The position numbers were made by a program, and so were the translations under genes. Positions 18,178 through 27,897 of a DNA stretch of 64,000 bases are shown here, piece by piece. The notes under the pieces are model-generated. The model did not search any database, had not been told where the DNA came from, and worked only from the letters and a program-made list of their open reading frames with translations. Source of the stretch: an uncultured bacterium (GTDB lineage: Bacteria; Acidobacteriota; Thermoanaerobaculia; Multivoradales; J023); the NCBI GenBank assembly GCA_937948815.1, contig CALFAM010000329.1, forward strand, positions 33 to 64,032, written 5' to 3'. Numbering within the stretch: the first letter of the stretch is position 1; each line of letters begins with the position of its first letter.

Positions 18178-19083
18178 ATGAGCCTGCAAGCAAGCGCGCA
18201 GCGCTGGGCACCGACACTACGGTTGGCATCGATCGCGGTCGCGCTCGTGGCCCTTGTCATGATCCTTCGGACGCTGCCGATCGAAGAGCTGTCCGAGCGT
18301 ATGCAAGCTTGGGTCGCGAGTCTCGGCGTGTGGGGGCCGGCGGTCTATGCCGGGATCTATGCCATCGCCTCGGTCTTCATGCTGCCGGCGTCGGCGCTCA
18401 CCGCCCTCTCGGGCGTGCTCTTTGGCCTGGGTTTGGGGACTGCGGTGGTGTCGGTGGGCTCGATCGCGGGTGCGGCGCTGGCGTTCTTCCTCGCCCGCTA
18501 CCTTCTGCGCAACAAGGTGGCCACGATGCTCGCATCACAGCCCAAGTTGCGGGCCATCGATGCAGCGATCGCCGAGGGCGGTTGGAAGATCGTCGCGATG
18601 CTGCGACTGTCTCCGCTGGTGCCCTTCAACGTCCAGAACTACCTCTATGGGATGACCCCGATTCGCTTCGTGCCCTGCATCGTGACGAGCTGGCTGACGA
18701 TGCTGCCCGGCACGTTTCTCTACGTCTACATCGGCTACACCGTCGAACAGCTTGCCGGTGCCAGCCGTGAGCGGACGGTTTGGGAGTGGCTGGCGCTCGT
18801 TGCCGGCCTGCTCGCGACGCTGGCGGTCACGGTCTATGTGTCGAAGCTGGTCACGCGGAAACTCGCAGAGCAGACCCAGATCGACGAGGCAGCCAGCACG
18901 CCCGAGACCGAGATCGCCACGGCTGACGAAGATGCTGCCGCTCGACAGCGCTGGCCTGTCGGCGTGTTCGTCACACTGCTGGTCGCCGGTGCCCTGGTCA
19001 CAGCCGCCTTCTATCTCGAGTCGAATCCCACGGCTCTGCGCGAGCTGCTCGGCTTGGCAGCCGCACCGCCTTCGGTCAGCTGA
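18178..19083 (+). CDS. TVP38/TMEM64 (DedA-related, SNARE-associated) family membrane protein
   Basis: ATG 18178. Family blocks AVYAGIYAIASVFMLPASALTALSGVLFG...FFLARYL...RLSPLVPFNVQNYLYG. Confidence 0.85.
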   Translation: MSLQASAQRWAPTLRLASIAVALVALVMILRTLPIEELSERMQAWVASLGVWGPAVYAGIYAIASVFMLPASALTALSGVLFGLGLGTAVVSVGSIAGAALAFFLARYLLRNKVATMLASQPKLRAIDAAIAEGGWKIVAMLRLSPLVPFNVQNYLYGMTPIRFVPCIVTSWLTMLPGTFLYVYIGYTVEQLAGASRERTVWEWLALVAGLLATLAVTVYVSKLVTRKLAEQTQIDEAASTPETEIATADEDAAARQRWPVGVFVTLLVAGALVTAAFYLESNPTALRELLGLAAAPPSVS

Positions 19084-19108
19084 GGCGAGCCTGGCCGTGG
19101 CTCGGACC

Positions 19109-20299
19109 CTAGGCTGCGGTGATGATCGACTTCAGTGCGTCGACCAGGCGATCGACCTCAGACTCGGTGTTGGTGATGCCAAAGCTGATGCGCAACGACG
19201 CCACCGCTTCGCTCACGGGCAGACCCATGGCAGTCAGCACGACACTCGGCCGGGGCTTGCCGGCATGACACGCCGCGCCAATCGAGACGGCCATACCGCG
19301 GGTATCGAGGGCCATCATCAGATCCTGGCCAATGCGCCCGGTCAGTGCGATGTGCGAGGTGTGTGGGAGGCGAGGCGAGTCGGTGCAGTGGACGGTGGCG
19401 GTGGGAATCTCGGCGAGGCGTCGCTCGAAGTGGTCACGCAAGCCGCGCAGCAGCCGGTCGCGCGCTTCGAGCTCGCGGCGCGCCAGCTCGGCGGCGATGC
19501 CGAGCCCGACGATCGCCGGTACGTTCTCAGTCGACGATCGGCGACCATCTTCCTGGCCGCCGCCGACCAGCATCGGCGAGAACGTTGCATCCTCGCGCAA
19601 CCACAGGGCGGCGGCACCGTGGGGACCATGAAACTTGTGACCCCCGATTACCAGGTAGTCGACACCGAGCGCGCGGACGTCGACTGCAATCTTGCCGACC
19701 GCCTGAACCGCATCCGACAACACCGGTACGCCCGCTGCCGAATCCGCCGCCTTGCCCTCCGGATGGTCGCGGCAGACCCGCGTCACGTCCGCCACCGGCT
19801 GGATGGTTCCGACCTCGTTGTTGGCGACCATGGCACACACCAGCCGCGTGTCGTCACGCAGCGCTGCGCCGACAGCGTCGGCCGTGACCAGCCCTCGCGC
19901 GTCGGGCGCCAGCTCGGTGACCGTCATGCCGGCAGCCTCGGCACGGCCAGCCGCGGCGCGCACCGAAGGGTGCTCGAGGCTCGAAGTGATGAGATGGCCA
20001 GTGAAGCGATGGGCTTCGGCGATCGCGGCGATCACGGCGTTGTTGGCTTCGCTGCCCGACGAGGTGAAGACGATCTCCTCCGGGGCGCCACCGAGCAACG
20101 CGCTGACCTGTTCCCGGGCAGTGGCCACGGCCGCGGCCGCGGCACGACCGAAGCGGTGGGCGGATGACGGATTGCCGTGCTCGGCGTCGAGCCAAGGCAG
20201 CATGGCGTCCCGCACACGCGGATCGATCGGCGTGGTGGCGTTGTGGTCGAAATAGGCTGGCGGTGGACGTTGAGCCGTGGGCGTAGGCGTTTCAGGCAT
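19109..20299 (-). CDS. Cysteine desulfurase (NifS/IscS-type class V aminotransferase)
   Basis: ATG 20299 (MPETPT..YFDHNATTP). PLP lysine motif IGGHKFHGPHGAAAL. Catalytic Cys loop SIGAACHAG. Confidence 0.9.
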   Translation of the reverse strand: MPETPTPTAQRPPPAYFDHNATTPIDPRVRDAMLPWLDAEHGNPSSAHRFGRAAAAAVATAREQVSALLGGAPEEIVFTSSGSEANNAVIAAIAEAHRFTGHLITSSLEHPSVRAAAGRAEAAGMTVTELAPDARGLVTADAVGAALRDDTRLVCAMVANNEVGTIQPVADVTRVCRDHPEGKAADSAAGVPVLSDAVQAVGKIAVDVRALGVDYLVIGGHKFHGPHGAAALWLREDATFSPMLVGGGQEDGRRSSTENVPAIVGLGIAAELARRELEARDRLLRGLRDHFERRLAEIPTATVHCTDSPRLPHTSHIALTGRIGQDLMMALDTRGMAVSIGAACHAGKPRPSVVLTAMGLPVSEAVASLRISFGITNTESEVDRLVDALKSIITAA

Positions 20300-20495
20300 G
20301 ACGCTTGATTCTATGCTGCAAAGGGAGGGGGCCGTGGTGCCCGACGCGAACAAGCTCAGCTCGAACCCGCCCGGTATGGTGGTGGGCGCGCGGGCACGCC
20401 GCGGCCGGTCCCTTGCCACTGGACGCGCCCGGGCGGTTGCTCGTCCCGCCTCGATTGCTGCCGTTCGCCCCGGAGACGTACGATGCCGGAGAAGT

Positions 20496-23075
20496 ATGAT
20501 GATTTGGATGAAGCATCTGTCTGTTTGCAAGGTGTCGCGATCGTGGAAGGATCTCGGGCGGATCCTGGCCATGCTGGTCGTCCTCTCGCTCGCGGCCACC
20601 GTCGTCAGTGCCAAGAAAGGTGACAAACCGGAAGATCAGCTTCCGGAGGCGTACCAGCAGTGGCTCCACAGTGTCGACAAGCTGATCACCAAGGCCGAGC
20701 GCCAGGTCTTTCTCGAGCTCGGCAAGGACTACCAGCGCGACGCCTTCATCGAACGGTTCTGGAAGGCGCGGGATCCCTATCCGAAGACCAGTCGCAACGA
20801 GGCGCGGGAGACCTGGGAAGCGCGGCAACGACAGGCTGCCGAGCTGTTCGGCGATCTCGATGACGAGCGGTCGCAGATCTGGCTGCTCCAGGGCGAGCCG
20901 AGCGGCCGCGTCGAGGTCCGCTGCGCCGACCTCTTCCCCACCGAGGTGTGGTTCTACAGCAGCCGCGACTACTATGGGGGCGACACCCTCATCCTCTTCT
21001 ACCGGGCCTTCGGTCTCGGCACCTGGAGAATGTGGCATCCGCTCGATGGCATCGGCGACCTCGCGGTGAGCGGAAGAATCACCTTCCAGCAGATTGCCAA
21101 TGGCTGTATCGACGGTGAAGCGGTCGCGACGGCGCTCAACTTCCTCCAGAATCTGGGGCCAAATGGCGTAGCCACCGTTCAGGCGCAGCTCGCGCGGCCC
21201 GCGGAGCGGCCCAAGGGCGAGTGGGTCGCGTCGTTCCAGGCGTATACGACCGATCTTCCCGAAGGCGTCGAGCTCTTCCCGGCCGAAGTCGACGTCACCT
21301 TCCCGGGGCGCTATCAGTCGCGAACCGTGGTGCAGATCGCGGTGCTCGCGTCGATCGCCGATCTCGCGCCCGAGGTCCTCGGGAACTTCAGCGCGTATGA
21401 CCTCTTGATCACGGGCGAGCTACTCGCGGAGGGCAAACTTCACGACAACTTCCGGGTGCAGTACAAGTTTCCGAGCAATGAGGTTGCCGATCAGATCGCC
21501 GCCGCCGAGGCTGGCGCAGGCCTGCGCGAGGGCGCTGGCCTGCCGCTGATTTTCGAGCGGCGGGTTCGGAAGGGAACGTACGATTTGATCCTGCGGATCG
21601 AGGATCTCGGCAGCGGTCGAATGCATCGCTACCAGAGCACCATCGACGTTCCGGAGGTCGGCACGGCGCCGCCGCCGCCCGTGGACAGTGAGACCGCACG
21701 AATCCTCGCCGAAGCCAATGCCGCGCTGCGCAACGGTGAGACGACCGTAACCATCGCGCCGCTGGTCGGCGAGTGGCAGACCGGCCTCGTCCGCATCGAC
21801 GCCATGACCACCGGTACGGACATCGACACCGTCACTTTCCTGCTTGACGGGGATGCCGTGCTCACCAAGCGCTCGCCGCCATTTAGTGTCGAGCTCGATC
21901 TTGGTGCGGTGCCCCGTGCGCGAACCCTGCGCGTCGAAGCCCGTGACGAAGCGAACGAGGAAGTGGCGGCAGATCAAGTGCTGCTCAACGGGGGCCGACA
22001 TCGCTTTGCCGTGCAGCTGGTCGAGCCGCGCCGTGGCAAACGCTACGTCGGGAGTCTGCGGGCCGAGGCCCAGGCTCAGGCGCCCGAGGGCGAAGGCATT
22101 GCGCGGGTCGAGTTCTACCTCAACGAGACCCTGGTCTCGACCGTCTACCAGCCGCCTTATGTCCAGCCGATCGTGCTGCCCGAGAACGAGCCGGTCGCCT
22201 ACGTTCGCGCGGTGGCCTACACGCCGGATGGTAGCGCGACTGAAGACCTGGTCTTTGTCAACGCGCCGGACAACGTCGAGTCGCTGGACATCAACTACGT
22301 CGAGATGTTTACGACCGTTCTCGATGGGGACAAGCGGCCGGTCGAGGGCATGGTCCAGGAAGATTTCATCGTGGCCGAGGACGGCGTGCCGCAGGAGATC
22401 GCACGGTTCGAGCAGGTCCGGGACCTGCCGATCCACGCGGCGATCATGCTCGATGTTTCAGCGTCCATGGAGTCGCGCCTGGCCGCCGCCCAGGGTGCGG
22501 CGCTCACCTTCTTCGAGCAAGCGATCACGCCGAAGGACCGGGCGACCGTGGTCACCTTCAACGACCACCCCAACCTCGCGGTTTCCTTCACCAACGACAC
22601 GACCTCTTTGGCAGCCGGGCTTGCCGGGCTCAAGGCCGAACGCGGCACTGCCCTCTGGGACAGCCTGATCTACACCCTCTACTACTTCAACGGCGTCAAA
22701 GGGCAGCGCACCGTGCTGCTGCTCTCGGACGGCAAGGACGAGTCGAGCAAGTTCGATTGGGACGACGCGATCGAATACGCCCGACGGGCGGGTGTCACCA
22801 TCTATGCGATCGGCCTGGACCTCTCGCGGGGCAACCTCGACGCGCGCAGCAAGCTCAACAAGCTGGCTGCCGAGACAGGCGGGCGCACCTTCTTCATCGA
22901 CAACACCACCGAGCTGGGCGCGGTCTACGACGCGATTCAGCGTGAGCTGCGGTCCCGCTACCTGATCACGTACCAGTCATCGAACGTCACCGGTTCGAAG
23001 AAATTCCGCAGCGTCGAGCTGGAAACCACGCGCCGAGGGCTTCAAGTCAAGACCATCCGCGGCTACTATCCATAG
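20496..23075 (+). CDS. GWxTD-like N-terminal domain + Ig-like repeats + C-terminal VWA domain protein (Acidobacterial VWFA-related type), paralog 1
   Basis: N-terminal TM. FIERFWKARDPYP...ERSQIWLLQGEP. MIDAS motif MLDVSASM. VWA blocks TALWDSL and LLLSDGKDESS. Confidence 0.85.
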   Translation: MMIWMKHLSVCKVSRSWKDLGRILAMLVVLSLAATVVSAKKGDKPEDQLPEAYQQWLHSVDKLITKAERQVFLELGKDYQRDAFIERFWKARDPYPKTSRNEARETWEARQRQAAELFGDLDDERSQIWLLQGEPSGRVEVRCADLFPTEVWFYSSRDYYGGDTLILFYRAFGLGTWRMWHPLDGIGDLAVSGRITFQQIANGCIDGEAVATALNFLQNLGPNGVATVQAQLARPAERPKGEWVASFQAYTTDLPEGVELFPAEVDVTFPGRYQSRTVVQIAVLASIADLAPEVLGNFSAYDLLITGELLAEGKLHDNFRVQYKFPSNEVADQIAAAEAGAGLREGAGLPLIFERRVRKGTYDLILRIEDLGSGRMHRYQSTIDVPEVGTAPPPPVDSETARILAEANAALRNGETTVTIAPLVGEWQTGLVRIDAMTTGTDIDTVTFLLDGDAVLTKRSPPFSVELDLGAVPRARTLRVEARDEANEEVAADQVLLNGGRHRFAVQLVEPRRGKRYVGSLRAEAQAQAPEGEGIARVEFYLNETLVSTVYQPPYVQPIVLPENEPVAYVRAVAYTPDGSATEDLVFVNAPDNVESLDINYVEMFTTVLDGDKRPVEGMVQEDFIVAEDGVPQEIARFEQVRDLPIHAAIMLDVSASMESRLAAAQGAALTFFEQAITPKDRATVVTFNDHPNLAVSFTNDTTSLAAGLAGLKAERGTALWDSLIYTLYYFNGVKGQRTVLLLSDGKDESSKFDWDDAIEYARRAGVTIYAIGLDLSRGNLDARSKLNKLAAETGGRTFFIDNTTELGAVYDAIQRELRSRYLITYQSSNVTGSKKFRSVELETTRRGLQVKTIRGYYP

Positions 23076-23185
23076 CGTAGCCGCGTCGATGAAGCCCCGG
23101 TGTGTCCGCGCACCGGTCTCCAGAAGATCCAGCCACTGGTGAGGCTCGGTCATTCGTGAGTCCCATTCGCCCATGAGAAGGGGTC

Positions 23186-25879
23186 GTGAACGCTGAGCAG
23201 AAGCGCTTGGCGGCCACAGCTTCGCCTGGCGCCGGCGTGCGCTGGTGGGCTGTGGTGGTGCTCGTCAGCCTGGCGTCCGGGCTCCTGGTCGGAACCGTCT
23301 GGGGTGATCGCTCGGCAGACCGCAACCAGCGGGAGAAGGCGTCGATCGACCCCGATCAGTTGGCCGAAGACGCGGAGCTGGTCCACGTCGCTCCGCGGCA
23401 CCGCACGTTCCTACAGTCTGTTGCGCCGCTGATCAGCGCAGTCGAGCGGGACGTCTTCCTGTCGCTCAAGGAAGACTACCAACGCGACCATTTCGTGCGT
23501 CGCTTCTGGCGGGCGCGTGACCCGTTTCCAGACACCCGTGTCAACGAGCTGCGCGAGACCTGGCAAGAACGCTCGGCTCTGGCGCTGGAGCGGTTCGAGG
23601 ACTTGGAAGGGGAACGTGCCAAGGCGTTTCTGATGCTCGGGGAGCCTCCGCGTGTGGTGCACGCGGCGTGCAGCGACTTGCTCCGTCCGCTCGAGGTCTG
23701 GACTTACCCCCGCGGCGCAGGTGGCGTCGGGCACATGGTGTCGTTGGTTTTCGTGGGTACGCGTGCCCGCGGCCAGGGCGCCCACCGCCTCTGGCGACCG
23801 ACCGAAGGTTTGCGCGCGCTGACCGTGCCCGGCGTGCTGTCGTCCACGTTCGACGATGCCGTCATCACCCGAGCGATCGACGATCGATGCCCGCGGGGCA
23901 GCATGATTCTCGATGGCATTCAGAGTGCCCTGGTGATCAGCGGGGTCGATTCGCTGATGCCGCCCGCGCCCTCCGACGAGTGGGTGCTGGCGCTGCGCGA
24001 TCGCTCGACGGATCTCGATCCGGAGAGTGAAGCGTTGGAAGCCTCGATCGCCTGGGTCTTTCCCGGGCGCTACCAAAGCCGGACGGTGGTGCAGGGAGTC
24101 GTGCGCGTGCCGCGTTCGGCGGCCGAGCCGGCAGTGCGTGGCGCGCATCGTGCCTATGGATTCTTGGTCGACGGTGAGGTGGTCGCACGGGGGGAGTTGT
24201 TCGAGCGCTTTCGCTATCGCTTCGACATGCCAGAAGACAACGTCAGCGGCACCGAAGCATTGCCGCTGATCGTCCAGCGTTATCTGCGCCCCGGTACGTA
24301 CACGGTCATCGTCAAGGTGCAGGATTTGACCTCCGGACGCGTGTTTCGCGACCGGCGAGAAGTCGACGTGCCGCGGATCGCGCGTGCGACAGCCACCGCG
24401 GTCGGCCTCCCGGGCACCGCGCCGGACGATACGTTCGACGATCAAGCGCAGGCGGTCGCCAGTCCACCTGCCGAGCAAGGCGAGGCGATCGCGGACGTCT
24501 GGCTCGGCGACCGGCTCAAAGAGGCGACGGCGGGCATCGGAACGGGCGACCATGCGATCGAGCTGGTGCAGCCGCCGCGCGTGCTGACCGTTGGCAAGCT
24601 GCGCCTGGTCGCGCGGACCCGTGGCGACGGCATTGATCGAGTCGTCTTCGCCCTCGATGGCAAGCCGATTCTCACCAAGTCACGGCCGCCGTTCAGTGTC
24701 GAGCTCGATTTGGGCAATGCGCCGCGCCCCCACAGCGTTCGGGCCACGGCCCTGGACGAAGACGGCGCCGAGCTGGCCAGTGACGAGGTTCCGGTCAACA
24801 TCGGCCCGCATCGCTTTGCCGTGCGCGTGATCGAGCCCCATGCGGGTCGGCGTTACCGGCGCAGCCTCCATTTCCGTGCCGCGGTCGAAGTACCCGAAGG
24901 CGAGCGGCTCGACCGTGTCGAGCTGTTCTTGAACGATCTGCGCCTCGCTACCCTCTACCAGCCGCCCTTCGAGCAGCCGATTCTGCTCGACGGCTCCGGC
25001 GATCTGTCCTGGCTCCGAGTGGTCGCTTACCTGGTCGGCGGCGCCGAGGCAGAAGACACGGTGCTGATCAACGCGCCCGATGTGCAGGAAGAGCTGGACG
25101 TGGAGTTGGTGGAGCTCTTCACCTCCGTGGTCGGCAAGGGTGACAACTTCGTGGAGGGACTCTCCGCAGCCGACTTCTCGGTTCGTGAGAACGGTGAGCC
25201 GCAGACGATCCGCCGATTCGAGCTGGTGCGCGATCTGCCCATCCACGCCACCCTGGTGCTCGACACGTCGCTCTCGATGATCGAGGAGGTGCGCGACGTC
25301 GAGAAGGCCGCGTATCGCTTCCTCGATGAGGTCATCACCGAGCGCGATCGGGCCGCGGTCATCACCTTCAATGACGCGCCAACCCTGCAGGTCCGTTTCA
25401 CCAACGACCACACCATCCTCGCGGGCGGCCTGGCGAACCTCAAGGCCGAAGGGGAGACCGCGCTCTTCGATACGTTGATCTTCGGCCTCCACTACATGAG
25501 CGGCTTGACCGGCAAGCGTGCCTTGGTGGTGCTCACCGACGGGGAAGACTCGAAGAGTGAGTATGGCTTCGTCGAAGTACAGAACTTCGCCCGTCACGCC
25601 GGTGTTTCGCTCTACATCATCGCGCTGTCGCTGCCGGCGGGGGCGAATGACACCCGAATCCAGCTGCGCAAGCTGGCTGCCGAGACCGGCGGCGGGTTTT
25701 TCACGATCAGTCGCGTGGCGGCGCTCGGCAAGGTGTACGAGCGGATCCAGGAGGAGATGCGATCCCAGTATCTGCTCGCGTACCAATCTGCGAGTCGCGA
25801 TGCGGGATTTCGCAGGATCGAGGTCGACGTGGGGGTCAAGGGCCTCAAGGCCAAGACCGTCAGTGGCTACTTCCCCTGA
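23186..25879 (+). CDS. GWxTD-like + VWA domain protein, paralog 2
   Basis: Collinear with the upstream gene (FVRRFWRARDPFP, RPPFSVELDLGNAPR, YQPPFEQPILL). MIDAS motif VLDTSLSM. GTG start at 23186. Confidence 0.85.
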   Translation: MNAEQKRLAATASPGAGVRWWAVVVLVSLASGLLVGTVWGDRSADRNQREKASIDPDQLAEDAELVHVAPRHRTFLQSVAPLISAVERDVFLSLKEDYQRDHFVRRFWRARDPFPDTRVNELRETWQERSALALERFEDLEGERAKAFLMLGEPPRVVHAACSDLLRPLEVWTYPRGAGGVGHMVSLVFVGTRARGQGAHRLWRPTEGLRALTVPGVLSSTFDDAVITRAIDDRCPRGSMILDGIQSALVISGVDSLMPPAPSDEWVLALRDRSTDLDPESEALEASIAWVFPGRYQSRTVVQGVVRVPRSAAEPAVRGAHRAYGFLVDGEVVARGELFERFRYRFDMPEDNVSGTEALPLIVQRYLRPGTYTVIVKVQDLTSGRVFRDRREVDVPRIARATATAVGLPGTAPDDTFDDQAQAVASPPAEQGEAIADVWLGDRLKEATAGIGTGDHAIELVQPPRVLTVGKLRLVARTRGDGIDRVVFALDGKPILTKSRPPFSVELDLGNAPRPHSVRATALDEDGAELASDEVPVNIGPHRFAVRVIEPHAGRRYRRSLHFRAAVEVPEGERLDRVELFLNDLRLATLYQPPFEQPILLDGSGDLSWLRVVAYLVGGAEAEDTVLINAPDVQEELDVELVELFTSVVGKGDNFVEGLSAADFSVRENGEPQTIRRFELVRDLPIHATLVLDTSLSMIEEVRDVEKAAYRFLDEVITERDRAAVITFNDAPTLQVRFTNDHTILAGGLANLKAEGETALFDTLIFGLHYMSGLTGKRALVVLTDGEDSKSEYGFVEVQNFARHAGVSLYIIALSLPAGANDTRIQLRKLAAETGGGFFTISRVAALGKVYERIQEEMRSQYLLAYQSASRDAGFRRIEVDVGVKGLKAKTVSGYFP

Positions 25880-26114
25880 TGCTGAATCTTGTCGGTCGCG
25901 GTCGGTCAGCTCTGAAAACGGGGCCGAGATGTGCCGTCGCCAGAGCTGTTGCCTGGCAATCTGCCCGCGTCCTGGTGGCCGACCTGCGTAGGCTGCGCGA
26001 CTGAAGCCTGGTCTGAGATTGCCTTTCACGACCCGCGTCCCTGCTCGCGATTCGTCGTGGCTCGAAGAATTCGCTTCCTAGGTCCGCAACTGATAAGAAA
26101 CGTGTTGCAAACAA

Positions 26115-26136
26115 AAAACAAGTAATACATTGTTTT
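26115..26136. promoter_or_regulatory. Inverted repeat AAAACAA-N8-TTGTTTT inside a roughly 60-bp AT-rich island
   Basis: Read directly. It is the only strongly AT-rich stretch in the window (26100-26150) and lies about 120 nt upstream of the three-gene operon that ends in a wHTH regulator. Confidence 0.3.
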
Positions 26137-26253
26137 AATTGATAAAAAATGCCAAGCTCTCAGCACCATACAACGAGGGCTGAGGGTAGATGGCCGGCAC
26201 GAAGGCGTGGCCACCTGCTGGCTCGGCCACGCGAGACTGAGGAGCGATTCGAG

Positions 26254-26595
26254 ATGGCGACTATCGCACTTTTCGTGTTTGCCGGTGCCGCTGTTGGTGG
26301 ACTGATTCTGGCCGCGGCTCACTTTCGGGGGCAGTCCCTTCCGATGCCCGTAAGCCTGGCTCACGGGGCGGCAGGTGCCACCGGTTTGGTGTTGTTGGGC
26401 TTGGTCGTTTTTGGCTCCGAGCCGGTGCCGGCGCGGCTTCCGCTCTCCGCCCTCCTGCTTGTCGTCGCCGCGCTCGGTGGGTTCTTCCTATTCTCCTTCC
26501 ACCTGCGTGCGAAGCGCGCGCCCTCGCCAGCCGTCGTGATTCACGCGTTGGTCGCGGTGGCTGGTGTCGTGACCTTGCTTCTCGCGATTCTCTGA
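26254..26595 (+). CDS. Four-TM membrane protein, unknown family
   Basis: GAGGAG at 26239-26244 before ATG 26254. Four hydrophobic spans. The stop overlaps the next start (TGATG). Confidence 0.55.
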   Translation: MATIALFVFAGAAVGGLILAAAHFRGQSLPMPVSLAHGAAGATGLVLLGLVVFGSEPVPARLPLSALLLVVAALGGFFLFSFHLRAKRAPSPAVVIHALVAVAGVVTLLLAIL

Positions 26596-27065
26596 TGAGC
26601 GAATCGCCAACTCACGGCCGCGGGCTGCGCATTCGAGGACACCCGGTCCATGCCATGCTGGCCGGGCTGCCCGTGGCATTTTGGGTCGGGGCCAGTGTTT
26701 GGGATGTCGTGGCCTTCTTCCGTCCCGACCCGAAGTGGGGTGAATTCGCTTTCGCTATGCTGGCTCTTGGCTTGGCCACTTCCTTGCCGGTCATGGTGAC
26801 CGGCTTGTTGGACTTCGGTCGTGTCCAGCCCGATCATCCTGCGGAAGCGGTAGCATGGCGTCATATGATCTCGATGATGCTCGCCACAGGAATCTTCTTC
26901 ACGAGTCTTTGGTTACGCCGCGGGCAGCTGGAGGCACCGACACCACCGATGGCCGCTTGCATGGTTTCAGGCTTGGGTGTCGTGGTCACGACCATCGGTG
27001 GCTGGCTCGGCGGTGAGTTGGTCTTTCGTCATGGCGTGGGGGTTGAGTCAGAGGAGCGTTCATGA
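26595..27065 (+). CDS. DUF2231-like membrane protein
   Basis: GHPVHAMLAGLPVAFWVGASVWDV is the typical N-terminal HP..h..P motif. The C-terminus reads GGELVFRHGVGV. Confidence 0.7.
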   Translation: MSESPTHGRGLRIRGHPVHAMLAGLPVAFWVGASVWDVVAFFRPDPKWGEFAFAMLALGLATSLPVMVTGLLDFGRVQPDHPAEAVAWRHMISMMLATGIFFTSLWLRRGQLEAPTPPMAACMVSGLGVVVTTIGGWLGGELVFRHGVGVESEERS

Positions 27066-27763
27066 GCGATACACCCAGCCTCGATGCGATGAGTGAGCCA
27101 CGGCGCGAGATTCTCGTCGCGCTCAAGACCGGCGGACCGCGCTCCATTGCCGAGTTGGCCGAGCGTTTGACCATTACCTACGAGGCGGTGCGCCAGCATA
27201 TGGCGCAACTCGAGCTCGACGGATGGGTCGGTCGGCAAGTCGTCCGAACCTCCGGGGGGCCCGGCCGGCCGCGCAGCAGCTTCAGCCTCACCGCGGCTGG
27301 TGATCACCTCTTCCCCAAGGCGTACGACGAGCTCTCCGTGCAGCTCATCGACGCTGCCATGGACGAGTTCGGGCCGGAAGCGGTGCAGAGACTCCTCGAG
27401 ATCGTTGCCGAGCGCAAAGTCGAAGAGTGGGCGGGGGTCGTCCGCAACCTGCCCCTCGAAGCAAGGCTGAAGCTGCTGACCGGGATCTACAAGGACGACG
27501 ATCCGTTCTGCCATCTCGAGTACGGCGAAGATGGCAGCACCAAGCTGGTCGAGACCAACTGCCCGTATCTCGAGGTTGCGCGCCGCCGACCGGCGCTTTG
27601 CAGCGTCACGGTTTCGGTGCTCCGACGCTTGCTCGGTCGCAAAGTGGTACGAACCCAGCGCTTCCAAGACGGACACGGCCGCTGCGTATTCAAGATTCTC
27701 GACCAGCCGGCGGACGGATCGCGCCTCTTCGACTGGGAGCCCGAGCTCGAGTCGATCGCGTGA
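27062..27763 (+). CDS. ArsR/DeoR-type winged-HTH regulator with a Cys-containing C-terminal domain (SufR-like)
   Basis: ATGA overlap with the upstream gene. wHTH REILVALKTGGPRSIAELAERLTITYEAVRQHMAQLELDGWV. C-terminal NCPYLEVARRRPALC...GHGRC has C-X12-C spacing like SufR. Confidence 0.75.
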   Translation: MSDTPSLDAMSEPRREILVALKTGGPRSIAELAERLTITYEAVRQHMAQLELDGWVGRQVVRTSGGPGRPRSSFSLTAAGDHLFPKAYDELSVQLIDAAMDEFGPEAVQRLLEIVAERKVEEWAGVVRNLPLEARLKLLTGIYKDDDPFCHLEYGEDGSTKLVETNCPYLEVARRRPALCSVTVSVLRRLLGRKVVRTQRFQDGHGRCVFKILDQPADGSRLFDWEPELESIA

Positions 27764-27897
27764 TCCGTCAGTGTGATTCCGGAGCGCCCTGTTCGCGTCT
27801 CGCTGCTTCCTCACCTGCCGTTTCGAGCAGACGCCTTCCTAGGTTGGTCTGGCCTCTTCATCCCGGTCTCTTCATTCGGCTGGCGCCATTCGCCGCC

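Noticed and set aside
20455-20484. Sigma70-like TTGCTG-N18-TACGAT upstream of the first VWA gene.
   Set aside because: The -10 element ends 11 nt from ATG 20496, so the GGAGAAG ribosome-binding site would lie upstream of the start site. The arrangement is internally inconsistent and the hexamers are weak.
26149-26253. Upstream ATG 26149 as the start of the four-TM protein ORF.
   Set aside because: That ATG sits inside the AT-rich promoter-like island. The extra 35 aa are Arg/His-rich and non-hydrophobic. GAGGAG precedes ATG 26254, where the first TM begins.
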